NCBI GenBank assembly: GCA_963575745.1
Contig: CAUYUJ010000199.1
Span: forward strand, 1 to 64,000
Source of the DNA: Prorocentrum cordatum
Lineage: Eukaryota
Direction: 5' to 3'
Length of the DNA stretch: 64,000 nucleotides
Shown here: positions 1 to 12,832 of the stretch, in pieces
How positions within the stretch are numbered: position 1 is the stretch's first letter
How the letters are laid out: every line of letters begins with the position of its first letter
Made by a program: the position numbers and the translations under genes
The notes under the pieces: generated by a model
What the model was told of the DNA's origin: nothing
What the model saw: only the letters and a program-made list of their open reading frames with translations
Database searches by the model: none

Positions 1-401
1 ACCCCGGGTAAGGGGACCCAGTGAGTGGTAGGGCCCCGGAGCCCCTAAACTGGCTAGAATCGCCAAACCAGGCCTGCCGTAGCTCGTGTTTTTTCGGGTG
101 ACGGCAGTTCTGGTTCGTGGAACGGGGCGGGGGGGCGTCCCCCAGTACACATCACTAAACCAGGTCCCTCTAAACCCAGTTCTGCCAACGCCCGAGGAGC
201 AGCAGTTCCAGAGCGTTCCGGGGCGACCTCCTAGCATTCCCGAGCTGTCCGAGAGGACCGCGGCGCCCGATAGCTCCGCCAGGACCGCCAGATCTCGTTC
301 GGCGGTCGCCGAGAGTCCGGGGGAGCTCCTCGCCCCCGGGTCGCGTTGGAGGGGGCCTCTGGCTGCTCGTGGTTCATCAGGAAGGAAAAAAAGAGAACCG
401 C

Positions 402-460
402 CAGATCTCAGAGATCCCCGATTTCTTTGGGAGATCTCAGAGGTCCCCGATTTCTTTGGG
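402..460. repeat. 29-bp tandem duplication
   Basis: AGATCTCAGAG(A/G)TCCCCGATTTCTTTGGG occurs twice in tandem. Confidence 0.85.
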
Positions 461-1429
461 ACTCAATGGACTGGGGTCAATGCAAACGGGGGTCAGCATG
501 GGCGCCGGATCTTGTAGCATCCTGCAGAGCCAGGGGTGCACCGACCCGGGCTAGCGCGTGGGATCACGCAGGATCCTGCAGGATCTTGCAGCATCCTGCA
601 AGGAATAACGGACCCAGGTCGGTGCGTCCCCGATTTATTCCTGTCCGATGTTTTTTCTGTATGTATTTCTCTGTCTGTCTTTCTCGAGGCCTCGGTCACA
701 TGTTGGACGGCCGTCTGCCTATTTCAAGCGGGAGTTTCCTCCAAGCCTCGACCGCTCCATCGAGAGCCATCGATTCGGCCGCGAAGGAAGAAGAAGAAGA
801 AGAAGAAATAATAAGAAGAATAATAAGAAAACGCATAAGAAGAACTAGACGAAGTCGGACCCTTGACACAAGTTCCTGCTATCCCAGTCCCTGTCCTCCT
901 CCTCCTCCTCCTCCTTCTCTTCCTCCTCCTCCTCTTCCTCCTCTGCCTTTTCATCCTCCCCCGTCTGCTATGTCCCTCCTCCTCCTCCTCCTCCTGGCTT
1001 CATCCCCCCCCCCCCGCCAGGAGGCCGCGGCGGAGGCGGGGCGCGGGCGCGGGGAGGCCGCTGGCGCCGCGGCGGGGCCTCGCGGCGCCGAGGAGGGCGG
1101 CGCGGCCTCGCCCGCGCCCGCGCCCGCGGCGGCGGGCGGGGGCGGCGAGGAGGGCGCCGGCGCGGGGGCGTGCGGGGCTGCTGGGGAGGAGAGCACGGGC
1201 GGCGGGCGGGGCCCGCGAGAGAGAGAGAGAGAGAGAGTCTTCTCTTCGAGCAGGGGGGCCCCTGCGGAGCTGATTTGCTCCAACATTGGTTTCTCTCTTC
1301 GTCGGATCCATGCAACATACTGCGTCTTTGGGAGTAGATTCGACGAGGAGATCAATTTTGGGGTAAATAATTTCTGTAGTCGATCCCCTACTCGATTTCT
1401 CCTTCCTCCGCCTCCTCCTCCTCCTGCTC

Positions 1430-2640
1430 CTCCTCCGTCCCGTGGCACGTCCATTGGCGCGTTCCGTAGCGCGTCCCCTTGGCCCGTCCCGCGGTGCGTC
1501 CCCATGGCACGTCGCCTGGCACGTCGCCTGGCGCGTCCCTTGGGGCGTACCGCGGCGCGTCCTCCTGGCATGTCCCCTTGTAAGGTAGCTCCGGGGCAGC
1601 TACTACGTGCTCAGGCAGCTCGACCTTAAGATCCAGATCAGTTCGGTCAGGACTCGGATGCAAAGGACCACTCGATCCACAACGCTATAGAGCACAATCG
1701 CGCCATGGCACATCGCAGTTCAGCATGGCGCACAACAGCACAGCCGTTGGCACGGTACATCACGATCGTTACATTCAGTACTGCAACTTGGCACGTGCCC
1801 GGGCACGTTCCGTGGCGCGTCCCGTGGCGAGTCCACTTGGCACGTCGCGCGGCGCGTCCCCTGACACGTCACGTCCATTGGCGCGTTCCGTAGCGCGTTC
1901 CCTTGGCACGTCCCGCGGTGCGTCCCCATGGCACGTCCCCTGGCATGTCGCCTGGCGCGTCCCTTGGGACGTTCTGCGGCGCGTGCGCAGGTCTTGAGGA
2001 TGTCTCGAGTGAGACGCTTGGTTTCGCGCGTCCAGGTTGCGCAGGCAGATGTCTAGCATGAGGATGTGTTGAGGATGTCTCGAGTGAGACGCTTGTTTGC
2101 ACGTGTCCAGGCTGCCCAGGCTGATGTCTAGCATGAGGATGTGTCGAGAAAGTCTTGAGCGAAATGCTTGTTGTCACGTGTCCAGTTCGCCCAGGCACAG
2201 CAAGGCCCTCGGCACGGTACATCACGATCGATACACTCAGTATTGCAACCTGGCACGGTCCCTGGCACGTTCCGTGGCGCGTCCCGTGGCGAGTCCCCCT
2301 GGCACGTTGCGCGGCGCGTCCCCTGGCACGTCCCGTGGCACGTCCATTGGCGCGTTCCGCAGAGCGTCCTCTTGGCCCGTCCCGCGGTGCGTCCCCATGG
2401 CACGTCCCTTGGCACGTCGCTTGGCGCTTCCCTTGGGACGTACCGCGGCGCGTCCTTCTGGCATGTCCCCCTGTCAATTAGCGCTGGGGCAGCTACTACG
2501 TGCTCAGGCAGCTCGACCTTAAGATCCAGAGCAGTTCGGTCAGGACTCGGATGCAAAGGAGGACTCGATCCACAACGCTATAGAGTACAACCGCGGCATG
2601 GCATATCGCAATTCAGCAGCGCAGCACAGCGCAGCCCTCG
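1430..2640 (+). repeat. Composite repeat of degenerate GGCACGTCCC/GGCGCGTCCC units with a duplicated unique block
   Basis: GGGCAGCTACTACGTGCTCAGGCAGCTCGACCTTAAGATCCAGA...GGACTCGGATGCAAAGGA occurs at about 1594 and about 2487, each copy preceded by the same short-unit array. Confidence 0.8.
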
Positions 2641-2762
2641 ACACTGTACAACAAGATCGATGCATTCAGCAGAGCATTCGCCCGTCGCCCAATCAGGTGT
2701 CTTGGACACGTCGCCATGCCTTACATTCCTATATTCCTTTTCGGGTTCGTGGGTCGATCATG

Positions 2763-2818
<56 letters not shown>

Positions 2819-2820
2819 GT
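2763..2820. repeat. (CAT)n microsatellite
   Basis: Read directly from the sequence. Confidence 0.95.
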
Positions 2821-3019
2821 CGCTATCATCTAGTGGATATCATTGTCACCTCAGTCGTCACCGCCACTACAATCGCATACAATCACCACAATCATTACCA
2901 CCGCTATCATGCTACCATCTCATCATCCAGGCGTGAGGCAGAGGAAGCCACCTGGTTAGCTTGAAGCCAGGCGCGATGCAGAGGAACACACTGCTGTTCT
3001 CCATCATCGGCATCATTCT

Positions 3020-3041
3020 ACCTAGCCGCTGTTGGCTCAAG
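3020..3041 (+). other. Relic dinoflagellate spliced leader
   Basis: ACCTAGCCGCTGTTGGCTCAAG compared with DinoSL DCCGTAGCCATTTTGGCTCAAG; the 3' TTGGCTCAAG is identical; about 60 nt upstream of the ATG at 3102. Confidence 0.65.
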
Positions 3042-3101
3042 TCGCGATTGCAGTCTCTCCAGCCACAAGTTCTGGCAGCTTCAACCAGCACGTGCGAGGC
3101 A

Positions 3102-4530
3102 ATGACACCAACGACATCAAGTGACACCAACGCCCAATCGCGCTGCAGCGGCGCCCTGTTTCTCCTAGTTGCAGCTTATGTGCTCTGCGTCATAGCCGGC
3201 GCTGCCGGAGCTTACACTTGCGTCAACGACCAGGACTCCATCGGAGAGATTGTTTATTGGTTCAATGAGGTTGTTGCCTACTCGCCTGTTGGCTTGATGC
3301 TGGCTTGGTTCTTGGCCAACCAGCGCCGCCTCAATTTCGAGCTGCCGCTTCACAAGTGGACTTGGCGATATGGAATTGCCAGCGCCCTGATGGCGGGAAC
3401 AACTCCGTTTTTCCTGTAGCTCTTCTTGTGCCACCCTGGCTACCCCGCCGGCATCGCTACGTGTTCGGCAAAATCGTGTCTTTGTCTCTCAGCATAAGCT
3501 CAGGGCACTCGGGAGTAAGCGGTCCGCGAAGCGTACCCGAGTCTACGTGCTCTGTACCTCTGAGTTTCGCCTTCTTATGCTACTCATGTTTGTCATGCCC
3601 GAGATGCTCTTTCTATCGCCAGCGCAGAGCGAATTTACCATGATGGCCTTTCGGTACGGATCCATGGTCACGGGCGACATGGCGTTCGGTATCATTTTCG
3701 CTTGGCTGGCGTTGCGCGTCGGGCGCGGGCTTCGCTCTCCTAACAAGACCAAGAAGAATGCAGTAAAGTTGGTTGCTTTCACAGCAGTTGTTTCCATGGT
3801 CTCGTTCACTAGCTTCAGCGTAATCGGTTACGCGGTCTGGGCTTGGGGCCCGAGCCCCGACACCACGCTCGATTGCATCAGCGTGATGGTCTTCTCAGGT
3901 CTCGTCGGTCCACCTAGGCTCCGGCGCTTGGCGCACGAAGCGTTTTCGGCGATTAACACTTACGACGAACTTCTGCAGTCGTTCTACGAAGGTTTCTTGA
4001 AGCAGCTCGATGATGCGCAGATCAGATGGGTGCGGTGCGGCTTCTTGCGCCACCTTGCCAAAGGTGGACGGTTGCTAATGCGCTGTCGGGACGTCCCGAC
4101 TTCCGAGACGATCCTTGGCAATGTTGGTTTTTAACGTTCTAGGACCGATCGGAAGGGCCGATTCGTGTGTTCACATCCTTGGCTCTCCAAGTGGTATCCA
4201 GACCCCGCTGGCGTGAAACTGCGCACGCTTGTTGAGCAGCTAGACAAGCTGAGCGACCGCGACGACGATGCCGTCTCCATGGCCTTCTTCGGCATGCCGC
4301 AGCACGATTTCCAGAACCACGAAGTACCATTGTTGGATAGCCAAGGTGGCTGGCCCTGGCCGGGCACACGCGCAGCCCTTCGCACTCTCGGAGAGAAGAC
4401 CGTGCTCAGGAAGCCTCTCGGGCCGTTCGGGGCAATGCACGGCGTGGGTCGCACGCCCGTGATCGTCCTGCCAGTGAACGAGTGTCCGGATGAAGGCTCG
4501 TCGCAGTACCAGGGGCCCACAGAGCGAAGT
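3102..4530 (+). pseudogene. Processed pseudogene: multi-pass membrane N-terminus plus HET (heterokaryon-incompatibility/TIR-like) domain
   Basis: Hydrophobic segments in ORFs 2961..3419 and 3547..4134. Then IRWVRCGFLRHLAKGGRLLMRCRDVP, an in-frame TAA at 4132-4134, and FVCSHPWLSKWYPDPAGVKLRTL...AFFGMPQ, which resembles the SHxW-x(3)-HPDP...F-x-D-x(3)-PQ pattern of HET-like domains. Disrupted by stops/frameshifts and apparently truncated near 4530. Confidence 0.6.
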
Positions 4531-4734
4531 GAACCCCCCCCTCCCCCCCTCAGAAATCGTGGGGGGTAGGGGTAGGCTTCGCATGTGGCCCCTTAGTACA
4601 TCAACCGTGGTTGGTGCTATTGTGAAGGCCTTACGGCCGGTGCTGCCGACCCTGAAGGGAGATGCCGACGATGGCGGCGGTGACGACGACGACGCTGACG
4701 TTTGTTAGAGTCCTCAGGGATGCTTTTTGGGTCC

Positions 4735-4970
4735 CTTCGGGGTAGTCTCGTGAGCCTCTGGGGGGCAGTTTGGGGGCCTCTTGGGAGCCTCTTGGGAGCC
4801 TCTTGGGGGCCTCTTGGGAGCCGTTTGGGGACCTCTTGGGGTTTCCGGAGGGCCTTTTGAGGGCCTCTTGGAGGCTTCTCGGGGCCTCCTGGGAGCCTCT
4901 CGGGACCGAGGGCTTGGAATGTCGGTTCGGGTCCCCCGCCTGGGCACCCTTTTGATACAGGCGGGGCAGG
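4735..4970 (+). repeat. GGGGCCTCTTG 11-mer satellite-type interspersed repeat
   Basis: Degenerate 11-bp units. The same family recurs at about 29250-29780, 32240-32370, 55900-56260 (reverse-like), 58445-59100 and 59340-59840. The motif GAGGGCTYGRAATGTCGGTTCGGGTC is shared at about 4908 and about 59491. Confidence 0.8.
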
Positions 4971-5006
4971 CCCCCCCGGGGAGTGGGGCGAGGGGGGGAG
5001 GGAACG

Positions 5007-5043
5007 ACAACAACAACAACCACAACAACCACAACAACAACAA

Positions 5044-5108
<65 letters not shown>

Positions 5109-5147
5109 ACAGCAACAACAACAGCAACAGCAACAGCAACAACAACA
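5007..5147. repeat. (CAA/CAG)n microsatellite
   Basis: Read directly from the sequence. Confidence 0.95.
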
Positions 5148-5714
5148 ATTATCATTGTATGACTGTTCGGTCCTATCTGCTCACGTTCTACAGTCGGCCC
5201 GGATTTGTATGTCGACCCTGCCAGCTCAAGGGTACCCTTGTGTCCTGTGCCTCGCGACACGTGTCTTCTTATACTCCTATGGCGATGTGGCCCTCGGAAG
5301 GGTCTTGTGTCCTCTCGCGTGTCCTGTCCAATCAAGGCCGACTGTAATCAATACGTATATCCCAAACCCTCGGTACCAGCCCTCGTCGTCTTCGATCGTA
5401 CGTACCCCCTTGGGGGCATATCTTCCTTACCTGCCAGGCGTATTTAGTGCAGCCTTTAACACAGGGGAAGAGAGGACGGGTGGAAGGGGGAGCGAGAATG
5501 ATGGAGCACGAGAGAAATTAGCAGGAGGGGGGCAAGGAGCAGAAATCAAGTGGTAGAACCAGACGGGCAGATCGGGTGGGCAGACCCATAGCGGGCAGGT
5601 CGGGAAGGCAGGCCCAGGCGACATCGGTGGTCCTGCGTGAATCGCAAGGAAGTCTCGAGCGATAGCGCGAGGAATATTTAAGCGAAAGCGCGAATCGATT
5701 GCATGATCAGCATT

Positions 5715-6495
5715 TCCAAGGATCCCCTTGGGATTCATATGGATTCCTAGGGGATCCTGAGGATTCCGATGGATTCCCCATGATTCCAATCGATCCCAAT
5801 GGAACCCTAAGACTTATTACGAACTCATATGGATTCCTCAGGCCTCCTATGGATTCCTGAAGGATCCTCTAGATTCCTAAGGTATCCCAGGGAGTCCTAT
5901 GGATTCCTTGGGATTCATACGAATCCCGAGAGATGCCTATGTATTCTTTTTGGGTTCCCAAGGATTCCTCTGGATTCCTAGTGCCCACAAATTCCTAAGG
6001 ATTCTTAGTAATTCCTAACGATTCCGAGGGAATCCTAAGGATTCCGATGGATTCCTATGTATTCCTAGGGGTTCCTACGGATCCCTAAGGATTCTAAAGG
6101 ATTCCTAAGGATCCCTAAGGACTCCTAAGGAGTCTCGAGGATTCCGAAGGAATCCCAAGGATTTCTTTAAGCTCCTAAGGGCTCCTAACCTAAGGGATCC
6201 CTATGGCTTCCTGGGGATTCCTTTGGATTCCAAAAGATCCCCAAGGATTCCCATTGATTCCGAAGGATTCCTAGGGGGTCATAAGGACTCCTGATCCCCA
6301 AGGATTCCTAAGAATTTCCAGGGATTCTCACGGATTCCTAAGGATCCCGCTGGATTCCTAAGGAACGATTTCCTAGGGATTTCTTGGGATTTCGAAGGAT
6401 CCCAAAGGATTCCTATGGATTCCGAGGGATCCGTAAACAACATTCTGGAGGATTCTTATAGATCACCAAGGATCCCAGAGATTCCTCAGGATGCC
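5715..6495. repeat. Degenerate 10-bp satellite (GGATTCCTAA)n
   Basis: Repeated GGATTCCTAA/GGATCCCTAA units. Confidence 0.9.
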
Positions 6496-6519
6496 AAGGT
6501 GTGTCGGTTGCGTTGTTGA

Positions 6520-7130
6520 ATTCTCATTTTTGAAGAATGATTATTGTTGATCCCCCCTCACGGGTGCAGATCGTTTTTGTCCATCAAAGTGTGCCCCTCG
6601 ACACTCGCACCCTGTTTTTTGACAGGGGAAGTCTTCGTGCTCAAACTGGGCCCCTGGCCCCCCGGATTACAACAACGGCTCCCGCTTGAGACTTCTTCAG
6701 AATTTACTCAGGAGCCCCGCTCCTGAGACTCCCTCACAATTTACTCAGGATTGGTGCTCCCGCCTGTGATTCCCTCGCAATTTAGTCAGGACCCCCGCTC
6801 CCATCTGAGACTTCCTCACAATTTACTCAGGAACGGCGCTCCCGCTTGAGACTTCCTCGCAATTGGGTCAAGACTCCCTCGCAATTTAATCAAGACCCCC
6901 GCTCCCGCCAGAGAAGCCCTCACATTTCATTCAGGAATTGCGCTCTCGCCTGTGACTTCCATGCAATTTATTCAGAACTCGCGCTGTCGACGCTCAGGAA
7001 ACACGCTGCGCCAAGGACGCCGTTACAATTTACTTAGTAAGCGCGCTCTCGCCACACTCAGGCATCCCGCTTGAATGTCCCACCCGCCCGACCCGCCCGT
7101 CAGGGGATCGCCCGCCCGTCGTGGGCTCCT
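6520..7130 (+). repeat. Interspersed repeat family A (unique head plus CTCCCGC..GAGACTT..CAATTT units)
   Basis: The head TGAAGAATRATTATTGTTG...CTCGCACCCTG...CTCAAACT...ACAACAAC recurs at about 9345-9515 (+) and about 10320-10510 (-); the body recurs at 10130-10320 (-) and 10510-10850 (+). Confidence 0.75.
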
Positions 7131-7929
7131 GCCCGAGACTTCTTTCAGGAACGGCGCTTTCGCCTAGGACTTCTTCGAACGTTCACGCCTTTACCTTCCT
7201 GCTTCTCCTCCCTCTCCTTCCTCCCTCCTCCCTCCTCTCCTCCCTTCTCTCTCCCTCCTCTCTTCCCTCATCCTTATGCCTCTCTACCCTATCCCCTCTC
7301 CCACCTCTCCCTCCCTTCTCCCTACCCTCTCTTGCCTCCTCCCTATTTCTTTCTCTCTCTCTCTCTCTCTTTCTCTCCCCTCTCTCTCTTGCTCTACCTC
7401 TCTTGTCTGTCTTTTTCTTTCTGCCTCTAATCAACCGCCCCCCTCTTCGCTCCTTCTCTCCGGGCGCTTTCCCTCTTCCTTCGTCCCTCCCCCTCTCTTA
7501 CTCCCGCTCTCCCTCGTTCTCCCCCTCTTATTTGTGCAGGGCCCACACTAATTCCAATGGCGGGCACATGTACGCCCACGAAGGCTTGTCCGCCCGTTCA
7601 GGTTTGCCCGCCTGTCTAAGCCCGCCGCCTCCCCGCAAAGGGAAAGAATCCCCCCAAAGGGGGTGTGACCGAAGACAAACTTGGCGGGTATCAAGTCAAA
7701 GCGAAGAGTCTTAGAATGATTGTTGCTGCTGTTTTTGTTGAATGTTCATTACTAAACAATTATCATTATTGTTGGACCCCTTAAAGGCGCCCTGGCGCTC
7801 TCGCCGAGGCGCCGGCTACACTTTCATTGGAAATGAGGCTCACGCTCGAGCGGTTTGGGGGATCGCCAAAACCGGCCCCCCAACACCAACACCAACACCA
7901 ACACCAACAACAACAACAACAACAGCGCT

Positions 7930-9060
7930 CCCGCTCGAGATTTCTGCCTTGTTTTACTCCGTGTTGGTGCTCTTGCTCGCCGCCGAAGGCCGCCGTCCTC
8001 TCAAAGCCAGCGCTCCCGCTCGAGACCTCCCGTTTTACGTCGGACTGGCGCGCTCGTTTTTCTGTCACTGGCGCCGCCCCCCGCAATACAACAGGTTCCC
8101 GCTCGAGGTTTCTCTTCCTTTTCTTTACCTCGAGGCGGTGCTCGTCCCCGCCGCAAAAAAAAAAAAACGCCGCCCCGACAAAAACGCCGCGCGCCCGCCC
8201 GAGACTTCCCCTTTCGTTTCACGCCAGGCTGGCGCCCAACTCTGTTTTGAATTGGCGCCGCTCCCAGCATGAACAGCGTTTCTAGTCGAGATTTCCTGTC
8301 GCTCCCGCCCGAGACTCCCTTCCGTTTTACGCCAGGCTCCAGCTCTCTTTTGGGTTGGCGCCGCCCCCGGCAAGAACAACGCTCCCGCTCGAGGTCTCTT
8401 CCTCCCTTTTTCCTGAAGACGGTGCTGTTCCTCGCCGCCGACAACTCTCTTTTGAATTGGCGCCGCTCCCAACAAGAACAACGTTCCCGCTCGAGGTTTC
8501 CTCCCTTTTTCCGGAAAGCGGTGCTGTTCCTCGCCGCCGACAGCCCCCGTCCCGACAGAATCACAGCTCCCGCTCGACGCTCCCTCCCTTCTTGCTCAAG
8601 GCGGTGTTCCTCCTCGCCGCTGAAAACAGCCGCCTCGACAAAACCAGCGCTCCCGCCCGAGAGTTCCTTCTGTTTTACGCTGGGCTGGCGCCCAATTCTC
8701 TTTTGAATCGGCGCCGCTCCCAGCAAGAACAGCGCTTCTGGTCGAGATTTCCCCTCTTTTCCTCGGGGCGGTGTTGTTCTTCGCCGCCGACAGCCCCCGT
8801 CCAGACAAAACCACGGCTCCCGCTCGATGCTTCGTCCTTTGTTGCTCAAGGCGGTGTTCCTCCTCGCCGCCGAAAACAGCCGCCCCGACAAAACCAGCGC
8901 TCCCGCTTGAGACTTCGTTTTGGTTTACGCTGGACTAGCGCCCTACTCTCTTCAGCATTGGCCCCTCCCCCAGCAACAGCAGCAGCCCTGCTCGAGATTT
9001 CCTCCCTTTCTATTCAGGGCCAGGTCCTTGCCTCACCGCCGACAGCTCCCATCCCCACCA
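7930..9060 (+). repeat. Degenerate minisatellite
   Basis: Recurring TTGAATTGGCGCCGCTCCCARCAAGAACA, CGCTCCCGCTCGAG and GGCGGTGYTGTTCCTCGCCGCCGA blocks. Confidence 0.8.
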
Positions 9061-12000
9061 CGGCAATCCTGTCGTTCGATACTTCCTTGTGCTTTACCCT
9101 TCGCTGGGGTTCCACTGGCGGTCTCGCATCGGCGCAGCAAGGCGCGGGCATGTGTTTTCGAGGCGGGATGTCTTTAATTGTCCTCGGAGGAAGTGTTTGC
9201 AAGACCTCATTGGGCGGGATACCTGGGAATGGGAATAACGGACCCCGCTATAGAACAAGAGTCCCCCATGATGTGGATGGTTATCATGATGGTCGCATGC
9301 TTCGTGTGGGAACATGGCGCATGAGGGTAAAACGATTGTTGTTGTTATTGACATCTCAGTTCTGAAGAATAATTATTGTTGTTCCCCCCGCCCTGTGCAC
9401 ATGGTATTTGTGTCGATTGAAGTGCCCTTCCCGGGGCTCGCACGACCCTTTACAGCAGGAAGATTTTGGAGGCTCAAACTCTGTCGTTGACCCCCGTATT
9501 ACAACAACAACAACAATCAGTTTAACACTGTTCGCCCTTATCTGCTCGAGTGTCCAATAACGCGTATTTCCGAAACCCTCGATACCCGCCCTCTTCGTCT
9601 TCGATCAAAAACACCTCTTGGGAGGTATACCTTTCATCCATGCAGGCCGGGCCCCGGCAAGCGGCGGGGCGGCCGCGCACCGTCGGCCTGGCCAGCGGCA
9701 GCGCTGATCGGCGGGGCGGCCGCGGACCGTCGACCCGACCCCAAGAGGGACGGACAGGGGACCGACCACGACGACGACGACGACGTCGACGACGACGGCG
9801 ACGACGACGACGACGGCGACGACGAGCGAGAGCGAGAGCGAGAGAGAACGACAACAGGGCCACGAAGGACACGAAGTAGGCCACGAATGGCGACAGCGGG
9901 GACACGAAGGGAACGCGTATGGGGCCACGAAGAGCGCGAACCAGCGGGGGCCACGAAGGGTAGATAATGCGGGGCCACAGAACGCAACGATGGGGCCAAT
10001 GAGGGTAGCAACTGGGCCACGTAGAACGTTGAGGGGACCACAAACGGCGACAGCGGGGCCGCGAAGGGCATGCACATGGGGCCACAACGGGTGCGACTCT
10101 TGGGTGCCTGGGTGTCGGGAGCGCGGCGCTTGAGCAAATTGCAGGAAATTCCCGCGCAAGGGCGTTATTCTTAATAAATTGCAGGCAAGTCTCCAGCGAG
10201 AGCGCGACTCCAGAGCGCCGGGAGAGCGATTCCTGAATAAATTGTAACGAAGTCCCAAGCGAGAGCGCGAATCCTGACTGAAATGCGAGAGAGTCTCGGG
10301 CGGGAGCGGGGGTCCTGGCTAAATTGTGAAGAAGTCTCAGGGGGGAGCCGTTGTTGTTGTGACCCGGGGGCCAGGCTTAGTTTGAACATGAAGATTTTCC
10401 TTGAGAAACAAACAGGGTGCGAGCGTCGAGGGGCGCATTTTGATTTTGAGAAACATCAGTATGCATTGGTGGGGGGGGATCAACAATTATTTTTTTCAGA
10501 AGTGAGAGCTTCACAACAACAACAACAACTTCCGCTTAGTATTTCCTCACAAGTTATTGAAGAATCGCGCTCTCGTTTGGGACCTCCTGGCAACTTCCAC
10601 CGATTCGCGGTTCCCGCTGGATACTCCTGACAATTGGTTGCAGAATCGCGTTCTCGGTTGGGACTTCCTCGCAATGTACCACCCAACCGTTTCGCTTGAT
10701 ATTTCTTCGGAGTGTATTCCGGTTCCGGTCCTTGACACTCAGGAATCGCGCCTTCCGCTACATATTGCCTGGCGGTTTAAGAAGCAGGACTCACGCTTCA
10801 ACGACCCCCCCGTTCGACCCGCCCGTCGGGGCCTGCCCGCCCAACGAGTCCGTTAATGACTGCAATCGCCGCTCGTTGCCCTTCGCCCGCCGTCGGTGCC
10901 CTTCGCTGCCCGTACTGGTTCCGCGGTCGCCTTCGCTCGCTGCCCTTCGTGGCCCCGTTGCTGTCCTCGGTGGCCCCGCATTATTTGCCCTTCGTGGCCC
11001 CCGCTCGCACGCCCCCGTCGTGGCCCCATACGCATGCCTTTCGTAGCCCTGCTGTCGCCCTTCGTGGTCCCTGTCGCTGCCCTTCGTGGCCCCTTTGCTG
11101 CCCTCAGTGGCCCCGCTGTCGCCCTTTGTGGCCCTGTACGCAAATGCCCGTCGTGGCCCCCGCTCGCTCGCGCCCGCGAACATGTCTCGCGCGCCTGAAT
11201 ATCGGACCCTGAAACGCAAGTCGTGCAGATGATGCCCGTTCGGGTGACCATGGCTGAGATGGGCTTTGCAGCGGAGCTACACGGAGCGAGGTCCGCGGAG
11301 TGGGAACTTCGGAAAGATGGCGAGGGGAATGGCGACGATTATGGGAAGGATAATGCGGACAGGAGGATGAGGCGGAGGAGAAGGAGGAGGGGGAGAAAGA
11401 GAAGGGGGGGCAGGAGGAAGGGGAAGAGGAGGAGGACGACAAAAGGGAAAAGGAAGGGCAGGAGGAAGAGGACGGAGGAGAGAGAGGAACAGGAGGATGA
11501 GGGGGAGGACAAGGTACGCTGCAGCCTCCCATGCCATGAAACATCGGATGACTTTCGGGCTGCCCCGCCACCGTGTGTCGGGTTGTGGGTCTGGGCCTTC
11601 ATGGGGAGCTCTTGCGGCTCTCTGCCCGACCTCTTCCCGAGGACCGTTTCATGGGGGCCCTTTCACCCCCCTGTCCTCGTGACAGCAGTTGTGAGGCTTC
11701 GCCGGGCGTGCTCTGGGCCCCTGCGGCGCTTCCTTGGGGCCTCTTGGGTGCCTGATGCATCGCAGGGGCGTCTGGAGAGCTCGTGGGTGCACTTGGTGGC
11801 GGTGAACTCGAATTGTCGGTCCTGGCTCCCCCTCCTGGGGCGCCTCTGGGGCCGTCTGGGGCCTTTCCTGCTGTTTTTTTGTTGGGTCGGTCTTGGGCGC
11901 CAGAGGCGCCGTTTTCAACGCCGCGGAGGCCGAAGAGTCGTGTGTAGTGTTTTCCAATCGGAATTGGACGAATTTTGATGTTCGGGGCCATCTTGGGAGG

Positions 12001-12114
12001 CTTCTGAGAGGCTTTGTCAAGCGTCCTGAAGCGTCCGGTTTGGGGTCCCGGGGGGGATGATGGGAGGGGGAATCGAACCTCTCACGCCTGGAGACCCACA
12101 AGGGGTCGGCGGAT

Positions 12115-12503
12115 TTCATGGACGCCCGACGCGGTGGAGCCTGGAACCCTCCGCAGCGGTTCCGCCACAGCGGTCGTGTTCATGATTTTCGGTGGTCCAG
12201 TGGTCATTCCTCCTCGTGCTCGCCCTCGCTCTCTTCGTCCTCGTCCTTGTGCTTCTCTTCCTCCTCGTTGTCCTCATGCTCCTCCTCGCTATCCTCACGT
12301 TCGCCACGTCGTCCTCGTCAGCGACTCCTCGTTGTCCTCGCTTGCCTTTCCTTCTTCGCCCAATACGCCCCACTAGACTACAGCGGCGCTTCCCATTCTT
12401 GTCCGATCAGGCTTCATGGACGCCCGACGCGGTGGAGCCTGGGACCCTCCGCGGCGGTTCCGCCACAGCGGTCGTGTGCATGATTCTCGGTGGTCCAGTG
12501 GTC
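12115..12503 (+). repeat. Pair of ~90-bp direct repeats flanking a CCT-rich spacer
   Basis: TTCATGGACGCCCGACGCGGTGGAGCCTGG...GGTGGTCCAGTGGTC at 12115-12205 and 12413-12503. Confidence 0.85.
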
Positions 12504-12697
12504 GTGCACATCACTTCCTGCGCCGCGCGGCACCTGCGATTCGCATGGGCCCGCAGACCTCTCCTCCCATCGGCGAGCCCGCCGGCTCCACAGCAGCAGC
12601 CGCGCTGGCAGGAGCTGGGGCCCGATGGCTGCCAGGAAGGCTCCCGGCTTGCCGAGATCTCACCACAGGCTCACAAGTTGGCAGCGACACGTTTAGG

Positions 12698-12832
12698 CCT
12701 CAGTGGGCCCTGGAAACGACAGGGCCTTTTTTTACCGGTTCCGTTCTGCCGTTTATTAACCGGCTCCGACGCCGTTTTTTTACCCAGAGGTCCCTCATGT
12801 TCGTTTTTCGGACATGAGTGCCATGTTCATTT
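12698..12832 (+). repeat. Left bipartite terminal inverted repeat
   Basis: Outer ~45 bp (12698-12743) pair with 22589-22636; inner TACCCAGAGGTCCCTCATGTTCGTTTTT...CCATGTTCATTT pairs with 22421-22473. Confidence 0.85.

Noticed and set aside
346..1629. 427-aa ORF, and similar long GC-rich ORFs at 51764-53682 and 60662-61943
   Set aside because: Composed of GGA/CCT/GGT simple repeats and GC-rich low-complexity sequence, open in several frames at once.
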